Position numbers and translations under genes: made by a program | In this document: positions 19,768 through 28,326 of the stretch, in pieces | Layout of the letters: the number at the start of each line of letters is the position of its first letter | How positions within the stretch are numbered: the first letter of the stretch is position 1 | The notes under the pieces: model-generated | Database searches by the model: none | Told to the model about the DNA's origin: nothing | Seen by the model: only the letters and a program-made list of their open reading frames with translations | Virus record (IMG/VR): IMGVR_UViG_3300024239_000014 | Span: 62,001-126,000 of that record | DNA length: 64,000 nucleotides | Reading direction: 5' to 3' (one strand)

Positions 19768-20004
19768 ATGGAAGGATTGTTGACTGGTCAAGAATTTGGC
19801 GTACTACTGATCAGCGCCCTGTACAAAATCGTGCTGGGGTTGATCGCAATGTGCCTCGGCTTTGGCTGCATGCTCGGCATGCTTAAGATGCTGGGTATCA
19901 GTATTCGTGAGTGGGGTGTCAATGCTGAAAAACAAGACCTGGGCGTCTTTTTTGGCCTGCTGTCTATTGGTGTCTGTCTCCTGTACGGCCTTATCCTCTC
20001 CTAA
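19768..20004 (+). CDS. Small two-TM membrane protein, putative holin
   Basis: 78 aa, AGGAG SD, two hydrophobic segments, directly upstream of the transglycosylase. Confidence 0.55.
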   Translation: MEGLLTGQEFGVLLISALYKIVLGLIAMCLGFGCMLGMLKMLGISIREWGVNAEKQDLGVFFGLLSIGVCLLYGLILS

Positions 20005-20524
20005 GTTCACGAATAAGTACGATGTGTCCATCCAGCATGCGACGGATCTATTTACTCCGGGAGTGGACTGGCTGTATTACAAGGCGCAGTTCTATCAAGA
20101 GTCCAGGTTAAATCCTGATGCCATCAGTCCGGTAGGTGCACGCGGTATCGCACAATTCATGCCGGGTACGTGGAAGGACATGTCAGTACTGATGAACGTC
20201 AACGGGACACCACATGACCCGGAGCTGTCCATCTTGCTGGGTGTTCGGTATATGGCGCAGCTACGTCGCACGTGGCGTGCTAATCCCAAACCCAACGTAA
20301 CGCGGTCTGATTACGACCGGCACAGTCTTGCACTGTGTAGTTACAACGCTGGTGCTGGTAACTGCTTGAAGGCTCAGAAGCTGTGTAACAACGCGGTGAC
20401 TTGGGCTGACATCAAAGCGTGTCTACCGCAAGTCACCGGTAAACACCACAAGGAAACGTGGGACTACCAGAACAAGATCATGCATGTCTGGTATCCTGCA
20501 ATGAAACGTGCAACATTGTTCTGA
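19922..20524 (+). CDS. SLT-family lytic transglycosylase (endolysin) with N-terminal signal/SAR-like segment
   Basis: KAQFYQESRLNPDAISPVGARGIAQFMPGTW..ALCSYNAGAG..KETWDY; probable start MLKNKTWASFLACCLLV. Confidence 0.9.
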   Translation: MLKNKTWASFLACCLLVSVSCTALSSPKFTNKYDVSIQHATDLFTPGVDWLYYKAQFYQESRLNPDAISPVGARGIAQFMPGTWKDMSVLMNVNGTPHDPELSILLGVRYMAQLRRTWRANPKPNVTRSDYDRHSLALCSYNAGAGNCLKAQKLCNNAVTWADIKACLPQVTGKHHKETWDYQNKIMHVWYPAMKRATLF

Positions 20525-20547
20525 TGGTGCAATCTTTTATCCGTCAG

Positions 20548-20571
20548 AGGCGAGGGGAATTCCCCTCGCCT
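20548..20571 (+). terminator. Hairpin terminator
   Basis: Perfect palindrome AGGCGAGGGGAATTCCCCTCGCCT followed by TTTATT. Confidence 0.75.
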
Positions 20572-20590
20572 TTATTCAAGGAGTGCTAAT

Positions 20591-23038
20591 GTGAGCGCTG
20601 CACAGAAACTACTGGATATGATCAACCGGGATAACCCCGGTGCCAATCTGGTGCTCAACGACGTTGTGATTGCTCAGGCTGAAGACAACACCAACACGCT
20701 GGTTCAACGCGATACCACAGTGCTGGTTTACTCCGGTCCTAGTCGGCGGATGAAAGGTTCAATCCGCATTTGGTATAACCGATTGGACCTCAATGCGCTG
20801 TTCTTGAACATCGATGCCAGCATCAACTACGAAATCCCGGTCGATACGGGTATCGTCTACACCACTCACCACATCCTGCCTATCTTTAACGAGAAGTACG
20901 GTCTGGATCTTCAGTTAGCCGATGTTCTCCCGCAACCACTGACAGTGGTCAACGGCGTAGGTCGTGCCACCATCATGGCAACCCCCGGCAATCCCGCCTG
21001 GAAAGGCTTCGTGGAGTTTACCTTCGGTACCAGTATCCCGTCGTTGTCCCAGGTAATTCTGACTACGACCCTGACTTCCTTTAACCTCATTGGTGATGAT
21101 CCAACCAAAGGTCAGGCGGCGGTGTACTCGTACAACCTCAACGGCACCGACGACCCCGATTTCTTCTGGCAGCAGCTCAATGAAGGTCAGGTCACCGAAG
21201 AACTGGTCGAGCACTTCAACCTGCTTCAGGGTCTGGGTGCTACCTGGGTACATACACCCACTCCGAGTCCGTATAACCTGTACGGCGCTACGGTGGATTA
21301 CAGCGGTGACAATGAAGTTGGTTCCGTACCGTCAAACATCATCCAACCACTGAACCCCGTGTTCGACAACGTGGCCATCATCACTCTTTCAGCCACCTAT
21401 TGCGTGAACTTCGCCGGTAAGCTGACGGTGTATTCCAATGACGTGGTGATTGTTGAACCAACTCCAGATTGGCACACCAGCCATTACACATTGGAAGGAA
21501 TGGTCGGTAATAATGCATGGTTGACTGATACCCAGCTGTTCGTCGACTCGTCCATTAAGCTGGTGCCGCAGGCATCTCTGGTGGCTGGCAAACGACCACT
21601 GGAAGTTCACTTCGACATTATCAACTTCGGTATCGATGCGGGTGCTGAAGGTGGTAGCGGTTGGACGTTGCGGATCACGGCCCATAATGCAGCTGATGTT
21701 ATTTTGGGTAGCGCTGATGTCACATCCGATGGCGTGACCGTCCTTGAAATCGACAACCATGACCACGATATTGCGTATTTTCTATTCAACGACCAGGTGG
21801 GTAATGGCGGCTGTCATGCTACTATTATCAGCGTTGCACTGAGCGGTGTTTACGTTCCCCCGGTCGACCCTGAGGAGCCTGTCGATCCGGAAGAACCTGG
21901 TACTGAAGTCGGTGCCTTTGTGTTCCGCATGGTGCCGACCGTTGCCGGCACACTGGATAGCGAACTGCGACTTGGTGGTCACGATCCGGATTATGCAGTC
22001 ACCATGACCGATGCTCAGGGTACCGAACTCGTCATAGACATCGGCACCAGCCTGACATTGACTGGTGGTATGCCAACACAGCGCCAGATCTTCGAAGACT
22101 TCTCGACTGCTGAAATCGGTGTCAAGATCGATGCGCGCGCCGAACTCGGTACCTGGGATACAGCAGACTCACTGCAGATGACCAACGGGGTTTACCAGCC
22201 AGGTGGTCGTAACGGCCGTCCATGTATCTACTTCTACGACCATCGCTACGACACGAAAGCTCGCCGTGACTTCATGATTCCTGAAGGGTTTGATGAAGTG
22301 TTCTTCGGTGCGGCATTCCGTGTTCCTGCTGGTAAAGCCTTCACGGGCGCTAACCAGTACTGGCCCAATAGTACACCGATCCCTGAGACGTTCGTAAACC
22401 GTTCGTCCTGGAAGGTGCTCTGGTGTGATTACGGTGATGATGGCGGTTTGAATGGTTCTGACTTCATCCTACCGTCCTATGCGCAAGATGACGCCATGAT
22501 GCTCTTTGGTGGTAACTCCCACACTGTGGGTGCGACTGCTTCGTCGCTGAAGCCGTCGTCGTTCTGGCACTTTGGTGAAGGTTGGAACTGTGGCCGCTTC
22601 TGGGTGAAGCACAACGCCGCCACACCACTGCTCGGCATCATCCACCAGGAATGGTTTACACCCAAAGCCACTACCCGGTCTGAAGGTCAAGGCAGCATCC
22701 TCGATGATGTCGCCAATCCAACCAAGTTCACTCAGGGTGCGCTCTGTAAGTGGATCGAAGGGAACGACCTGTGTCAAGTAATCGGTGGTGAGTCCTACGT
22801 GGCTATCGGCGAGAATGCACCCTGCCGTGTAGAGATCGGGGACCATCCCGATTACTACAAGAACCGTCAACTTGCACTGTGCCCACCTCTGCTATGGGAT
22901 AAAGTGAACAAGCGTATTCGCGCCCGCCGCAACAACGGCGACTTTGTGCCCGGCAAACCGCAGTTTGTGTTTGTCATCCTCGAAAACAACCTACCACTGA
23001 GCCGTTATGGGCTTCTGTGGCGTCCGGAGGACGTGTAA
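20591..23038 (+). CDS. Virion fibre/adaptor protein with phiKZ gp131-type N-terminus
   Basis: KLLDMINRDN..RDTTVLV..GSIRIWYNRLDLNALF anchor motif, acidic Pro linker PVDPEEPVDPEEP, lectin-like beta-sandwich C-terminus. Confidence 0.7.
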   Translation: MSAAQKLLDMINRDNPGANLVLNDVVIAQAEDNTNTLVQRDTTVLVYSGPSRRMKGSIRIWYNRLDLNALFLNIDASINYEIPVDTGIVYTTHHILPIFNEKYGLDLQLADVLPQPLTVVNGVGRATIMATPGNPAWKGFVEFTFGTSIPSLSQVILTTTLTSFNLIGDDPTKGQAAVYSYNLNGTDDPDFFWQQLNEGQVTEELVEHFNLLQGLGATWVHTPTPSPYNLYGATVDYSGDNEVGSVPSNIIQPLNPVFDNVAIITLSATYCVNFAGKLTVYSNDVVIVEPTPDWHTSHYTLEGMVGNNAWLTDTQLFVDSSIKLVPQASLVAGKRPLEVHFDIINFGIDAGAEGGSGWTLRITAHNAADVILGSADVTSDGVTVLEIDNHDHDIAYFLFNDQVGNGGCHATIISVALSGVYVPPVDPEEPVDPEEPGTEVGAFVFRMVPTVAGTLDSELRLGGHDPDYAVTMTDAQGTELVIDIGTSLTLTGGMPTQRQIFEDFSTAEIGVKIDARAELGTWDTADSLQMTNGVYQPGGRNGRPCIYFYDHRYDTKARRDFMIPEGFDEVFFGAAFRVPAGKAFTGANQYWPNSTPIPETFVNRSSWKVLWCDYGDDGGLNGSDFILPSYAQDDAMMLFGGNSHTVGATASSLKPSSFWHFGEGWNCGRFWVKHNAATPLLGIIHQEWFTPKATTRSEGQGSILDDVANPTKFTQGALCKWIEGNDLCQVIGGESYVAIGENAPCRVEIGDHPDYYKNRQLALCPPLLWDKVNKRIRARRNNGDFVPGKPQFVFVILENNLPLSRYGLLWRPEDV

Positions 23039-26000
23039 TGCCGATTATCTATCTGGGTAACCAAGCACCCACAGCCGCAACACCAGTAAGGGTGTATGTC
23101 CGCAACACGAACCTGTTATTGGCGAGTACTGCGCCATATCGTGCCGCCGAAGGCGATGTCATCACTTCGATCTACATCACGCGCGGTGACAACATCAACG
23201 CCAGTGGCAGCTTTAAGGGTGTCATTTACGTTTCAGACGTCGACGATATCGCAACAGCCACTCTGTTGAAGGTTGTTGCGTTTCCGCTGGTAACGGCGCC
23301 GGCGTGGTCGATGCAAAAGACCACCATTGAACCGGTACCGCTGGTGTCTGGTAAGTACTACTGGTTCGCGTTCCGCAACTTCCCCGGTGCGTATGTGGCT
23401 AAACCAGGCACCATGACCCATCAGAGCGCACTTGCAACTATCCTCTCCACCGACCCGGATCACCCGAGTCTGGCTGGTCTGACGTTCACTAACGTCAGTG
23501 GTGGGTGTTTGGTCGGCTTTGAAGCCATGAACTTGTTTGGTCGCGATACCGTTATTCTCGGCAGTGCTCAGACATCTCCGAACAATCACATTGCTCGTGA
23601 TGCTGCTCAATACCGTGCCGAAAACGTTCGAGTACGTTTCGGCGAATTCACCAACCGCGGTATCCGTGTAGAAGTACGTACCAATGGATCGTTCATGATC
23701 CATGGGGAGGGTAACCACACCTTCCCGGTGCAGTTCTCAACCGATAGCGGCAATACCTGGTCGCCTGAACAAGCAGTCACCGTTCGCGATGCTACTGTGG
23801 CTGCACCGGTGACCACACCTAACCGTCCGCCGGTGGTGGCAGGTGCTGCTGTGTTGCCGGTAATGCAAATCAATGCAGATAACACCCTGACCGCCTCGTC
23901 ACTCCTGCAAGGGGCTACTGACGCCGACGGTAATGCAATGGTTATCGAAGATCTGGTATTGACCGCAGGTGTAGCCACGATCACTGGTACTGGCCCGTGG
24001 GTGGTGCGTCCGACCACGTCTGCTCAGCTCACGTTCGGTTATACCGTGTCTGACGGCAACGGTGGTACAGTGCAACAGACCGCTACGGCACTGGTCAACC
24101 GTCCGCCGGTATCGTCCGGTGTACTGTCTCTTGCCAACACAGATGTTGGTGTTGGTCTTGTGGTATCGACCAACGACCTTCTTGCCAACGTCAGCGACCC
24201 AGATGGTGATGCACTGACAATCACCAACGTTGTGGTAACCATGGGTACAGGTACCGTCACCGGCACTGGCCCGTATACCATCACCGGTACTGCAGCAGGG
24301 ACCCTACAGCTCGCTGTGACCGTGTCCGATGGGCGCGGCGGTACCGTGGTACAACAGGTAAGCATGCAGGCTGTAACCCCGATGGTGGTTGCTCAGAACC
24401 TCGCTGTCTTTAACGGTACCTCGGCCTATTCGACGATCGAGAATTGGGCGCCAACTGGGAAGTATGGTGTTTACGCTGTGTTCGATACCATCCCGACTGT
24501 TCAGGATGCGTACCTGCTAGTGGATTCGAACAACCGGTACATCTCGGTGCTCGGTAACCAAGGTAAAGCGCAGTTTGGGGCTCTGTTTCCAGCAGCTACG
24601 CTGCCACAGTTGCCGGTAACCAAGTACTTCAGCGCTATCGTTGAAAACGGCAAGGTAACGTTCAGCGACGGCGTGAACGATGTCTCCGTCACCGATCCCG
24701 AAATCACGCTTGGATCTACTTATAGCGTCATTGGTAAGCGCGGTAGCGTATTCTCCAACATGTCGCTGTCAACTCTGATCCTATTTGATTTCCAGACGGA
24801 GTCCAACAGCCGGGTGTACCGTGCCGATGCTTCTGGTCAGCTTCTGTCAATTGTGGCAGGCAAAGCAAACCCAGCCAACATCAACTTGACTGCAGCGGGT
24901 ACGCCCAATGCGATGTACGAACCGGCAGAACTAACCAACATCAACACCGCGGCAGCATGGTCAACGTGGTATGACTCCACCTTCACCGGTGGTCTGGTTC
25001 CATCGCGTATCACCAGTCCTACGCGTGTGTCTGATTTCGGTACGTTGTTCTCAGGCGCCGGCCAAGCCTGGCTTCAGACTTTTGTAGCCATGCACCGTCT
25101 GACTGGCAGCGACATCTACCTGACCCGCGCGAAGGATCTGGTAGACTACATGTTCAACTACACCGACGATAAGCGCCTGTCGCGCAGCGAGATTCATCTG
25201 ACAACCACTCCGGAAGATGACCGCTATGTGGAAGCGCCTAAACAGTACCTGTACACCGGCGATGGTGGTACCCGTGTTACTGGGCTGGCCGCTAAAGGCT
25301 GGCGCCGTCACAACGGCACTGGGTGGGTTGTGGATGTGCAGACTTCTGGTCTGATTGCTTCCGGGATCGCTCGTCTGGCCGATTACATGTTGTCACAAAC
25401 CAACCTGTCGTCGTACCACGTTTGGGCGGCTCAGGTGCTGACGGATCTCCGTCCAATCCTGAATGAACACGACACCAGCTGGTCGGATACCAAGAACACC
25501 GTCAGTGTGGGCGGTTTCTGGTATTACCTCAACGTGATTGATGGTGCCCAGAATGCTAATAGCTTCGGGGATACCGGGAAGCTGAGCAATCCGCTGCCAT
25601 TCAACCATGGGTTGCCGATGGGTGTGGCTATGGCCATTATCAATCGCTGGCAGACCGTACCGACCTACAACACCAAAGCTGCTGCTGTGGTTGATTTCTT
25701 CCGCCGTCATTGGTGGGCAGGTACCAACAGCGATCGTCTGTGGTGGGCAGGTTGGGATGTCACAGCCAACAACCGTAAAACGGTGGATGTGGCGACTGCT
25801 GCTAATGTTGACGTGCCGTCGGTCTACTGGCTCCACAAGCTGGGTTACAACTTCTCGCAAGCGGAAGTCGTGGCTATGGCTCGCGGTATCTTGGGCGCCG
25901 AATACGCAGGTACCGGTGTGCTCCATAACCGCATTGATCGCGTGGCGAAAGATGTTGGTGACGACTTCGCCAAAGATGATGCGGCGCAAGCAGTCGGCCA

Positions 26001-28239
26001 GTTCCTGTTGTCGGTCCAGCAACTCGACTCCTCGCTCTACAGGCTGGCTAAGCGCGCCATGCGCCGCTATCTGACCCGCCCGGTGTCTAACAGCACTGCT
26101 TGGGGCGTTTACGCTGTGGCTGCTTTTGATCTGCTGGTACAAGGCGCCAAAACCGATCTCTTTGGTGCTTACGATGTTAGTCCCACGGTTACGAACGCAG
26201 CACCGACTGGTACTGCAAGTATTAACTTGGGTCAAAGCAATGTTGGCGACATCATTGAAATCACCCCTGCCGTACTCTTGGCCGGTATTACGGATGCCGA
26301 CGGCGACCCGCTGACTGTGGTTGATTTGGAAATCATCTCCGGTACTGGTGTACTTGAGTCGGTTGCCAGCAACCCGCCCACTGTAACCGGCCCTGTCAGT
26401 CTGGCTGGCCCTATCGAGGGTCAGAGCATCGTTGTTGAAGTCGAAACGCTTCTCGAGGGTGCTGTAGACCCAGATGGCGATGTGTTGAGTGTGCGTAACG
26501 TATCGGTTGTTTCTGGCCCCATTACGATTTCTGGCACAGGTCCGTATACCGTCACCGCCACTGGCGTTGGCGCAGCGACACTGAGTTACGAAATCACTGA
26601 CGGTACAGGCAACACCCTTGCTCAGACTGCGACCATGACTACTCGCGCAGCGCCTGTGCTGAGCGGTACAGTACCTGTTGTTAGTGGGTTCACGGGTACG
26701 GTTGCAACTGGTCAGACGATCCGTGTCTCCGGTAGTAACCTGGCGTTGTCTCCGACCATTCTGGCAATCAAAGGTAACGAAGCAGCCGCCGGCACCAAGG
26801 TGGCCGACCACGCGCCATTTGGTCTGTTGGAGCATGGCCCTGTACCAGATACTTGGCGCTTTGCAGGCGACGGCACGATCGTGCTGACAGGTCAGGTATC
26901 TGATGTGGTGGAAGTGTACAAAGTCTTCCCGACGAAGAAGCACTCCGTCTTCGCGCATTACCATCTTCGTTACGAAAATGTGATGCCGAGAGCGAACTTC
27001 CCAGTTGGCGCACAGACTAAGGAACTCCGGTTCAGTCCGAATCAGAGCAACCTCCACAGCACCGGCCTCGTAATTGGTACTGGCTGGAATGCCATTGCCG
27101 ACCAGCTCTGGATCTACACCGGCGGCGGTAGCAATACCACCATCAGCGGTATGACCAAAGAAATGGCTGAGCAGTGGCACACACGCTCAACAGGTGCGAA
27201 GGTCACCAATGGTGTCGCCGTTCTGTCGAATATCGTATCAGGGCCCCTTACTGGTCAGCGGTATAACGAAAACGTTAGCGTCGCAGCCGATTACGACGGC
27301 TTTGGCAATGTGCTGATGCCGTTCTTCATTCGCGACGGTCTGACGCTCGATATGCGCATCCGCAACCTGATCGTACTTGACGGTTACGCTCGTGTCGAAT
27401 TGGGTAACCGCCCGAACCGTGCTGAGTGTACGATTCAGGATACGCAGTACGCTGCCATGGCTGGTAGCGACATTGACGTGAACCTGGATCTGAGCATGTT
27501 CTCTAGTAATGACGACATTTACTTGTTCGCCATTAACGAAGATAACGTGTATTCAAACGCCATCAAGATTCGTGACAAGCAGGTGGTGGCCTACAACCGT
27601 ATTGCCGATACGCTCGGCCTGTCTCGCGCCATGAATAACGGCGCGAGTTATCTCACCATGGATACTGCGTACGCAGCGTCTGTGCTTGAGAAGGCTTGGG
27701 TCGATTACCGGATTGGGTTCAAGGTCAATGGCTGGAATTCCACAACGTCGACCGAAACCGATCTTGGCTTCAGTGCCAGCTTGGCTTCGGCCAGCCGTGG
27801 TAACCTGGCCGTCAACCGGACCACAGGTGCAGTGACGCTCAAATCTCAAGTGAACAACGTTTCGGTAACTGTAGCAACTGTTAACCCAGCGACCTTCTTG
27901 GGTAACCGGTACGATTGGGTGCTGCGGATTCCGAAGAACACCGGTGAGATGATCCAGCTGTATAACGAAACAGTGGCTGATGGTCTGGTGCTCCTGGGTG
28001 AGGTGGCTCGTCCGGCAACGTTCGACAACTTTGCACCTGAGCGCTGGATGGCAGGTTACAGCAGCGCGCGCATGAATGGCGTGCTGTACTACCTGGGTTG
28101 TTTCGGTCACGATGGTCTGCCGATCTTCGATCTGCGTTTGAACGAAGGTTCTGGCCTGGTCGCTTACTCGGAAGGCGGGGTGGTCGCTCAGGCAACCATC
28201 AGTCAGAGTGGTGCGTCCATGACCTGGGTCACGGCGTAA
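23038..28239 (+). CDS. Giant modular receptor-binding protein: cadherin-like repeats, LamG-like domains, helical enzyme-like domain
   Basis: About 1733 aa; start overlaps the previous stop. Repeats N-x-PP..LL..D-[AP]-DG-[DN]..GTGP[WY]..[ST]DG-x-G at 23821, 24097, 26194 (half) and 26371. Confidence 0.8.
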   Translation: MPIIYLGNQAPTAATPVRVYVRNTNLLLASTAPYRAAEGDVITSIYITRGDNINASGSFKGVIYVSDVDDIATATLLKVVAFPLVTAPAWSMQKTTIEPVPLVSGKYYWFAFRNFPGAYVAKPGTMTHQSALATILSTDPDHPSLAGLTFTNVSGGCLVGFEAMNLFGRDTVILGSAQTSPNNHIARDAAQYRAENVRVRFGEFTNRGIRVEVRTNGSFMIHGEGNHTFPVQFSTDSGNTWSPEQAVTVRDATVAAPVTTPNRPPVVAGAAVLPVMQINADNTLTASSLLQGATDADGNAMVIEDLVLTAGVATITGTGPWVVRPTTSAQLTFGYTVSDGNGGTVQQTATALVNRPPVSSGVLSLANTDVGVGLVVSTNDLLANVSDPDGDALTITNVVVTMGTGTVTGTGPYTITGTAAGTLQLAVTVSDGRGGTVVQQVSMQAVTPMVVAQNLAVFNGTSAYSTIENWAPTGKYGVYAVFDTIPTVQDAYLLVDSNNRYISVLGNQGKAQFGALFPAATLPQLPVTKYFSAIVENGKVTFSDGVNDVSVTDPEITLGSTYSVIGKRGSVFSNMSLSTLILFDFQTESNSRVYRADASGQLLSIVAGKANPANINLTAAGTPNAMYEPAELTNINTAAAWSTWYDSTFTGGLVPSRITSPTRVSDFGTLFSGAGQAWLQTFVAMHRLTGSDIYLTRAKDLVDYMFNYTDDKRLSRSEIHLTTTPEDDRYVEAPKQYLYTGDGGTRVTGLAAKGWRRHNGTGWVVDVQTSGLIASGIARLADYMLSQTNLSSYHVWAAQVLTDLRPILNEHDTSWSDTKNTVSVGGFWYYLNVIDGAQNANSFGDTGKLSNPLPFNHGLPMGVAMAIINRWQTVPTYNTKAAAVVDFFRRHWWAGTNSDRLWWAGWDVTANNRKTVDVATAANVDVPSVYWLHKLGYNFSQAEVVAMARGILGAEYAGTGVLHNRIDRVAKDVGDDFAKDDAAQAVGQFLLSVQQLDSSLYRLAKRAMRRYLTRPVSNSTAWGVYAVAAFDLLVQGAKTDLFGAYDVSPTVTNAAPTGTASINLGQSNVGDIIEITPAVLLAGITDADGDPLTVVDLEIISGTGVLESVASNPPTVTGPVSLAGPIEGQSIVVEVETLLEGAVDPDGDVLSVRNVSVVSGPITISGTGPYTVTATGVGAATLSYEITDGTGNTLAQTATMTTRAAPVLSGTVPVVSGFTGTVATGQTIRVSGSNLALSPTILAIKGNEAAAGTKVADHAPFGLLEHGPVPDTWRFAGDGTIVLTGQVSDVVEVYKVFPTKKHSVFAHYHLRYENVMPRANFPVGAQTKELRFSPNQSNLHSTGLVIGTGWNAIADQLWIYTGGGSNTTISGMTKEMAEQWHTRSTGAKVTNGVAVLSNIVSGPLTGQRYNENVSVAADYDGFGNVLMPFFIRDGLTLDMRIRNLIVLDGYARVELGNRPNRAECTIQDTQYAAMAGSDIDVNLDLSMFSSNDDIYLFAINEDNVYSNAIKIRDKQVVAYNRIADTLGLSRAMNNGASYLTMDTAYAASVLEKAWVDYRIGFKVNGWNSTTSTETDLGFSASLASASRGNLAVNRTTGAVTLKSQVNNVSVTVATVNPATFLGNRYDWVLRIPKNTGEMIQLYNETVADGLVLLGEVARPATFDNFAPERWMAGYSSARMNGVLYYLGCFGHDGLPIFDLRLNEGSGLVAYSEGGVVAQATISQSGASMTWVTA

Positions 28240-28253
28240 CTCGATGTTTGGTC

Positions 28254-28290
28254 AGCTACGCTTGGGAAAAGGGTTTTCCTAGGCGTAGCT
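28254..28290 (+). terminator. Long hairpin between the two cadherin-fibre genes
   Basis: 17-bp stem with two G-U pairs and a GGG loop: AGCTACGCTTGGGAAAA-GGG-TTTTCCTAGGCGTAGCT. Confidence 0.7.
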
Positions 28291-28326
28291 TTCCTCATCT
28301 AACGTATTTTAAAGGAGGGTTTAGAC

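Noticed and set aside
25393-27180. 595-aa minus-strand ORF
   Set aside because: Lies wholly antisense to the giant fibre gene, has no recognisable motif, and has the composition of a shadow ORF.
28240-28326. Readthrough or frameshift joining the 23038 and 28327 genes
   Set aside because: The spacer holds a terminator-like hairpin and a strong AAGGAGG SD, and a fusion here would not reunite the split halves, which are about 2 kb apart.
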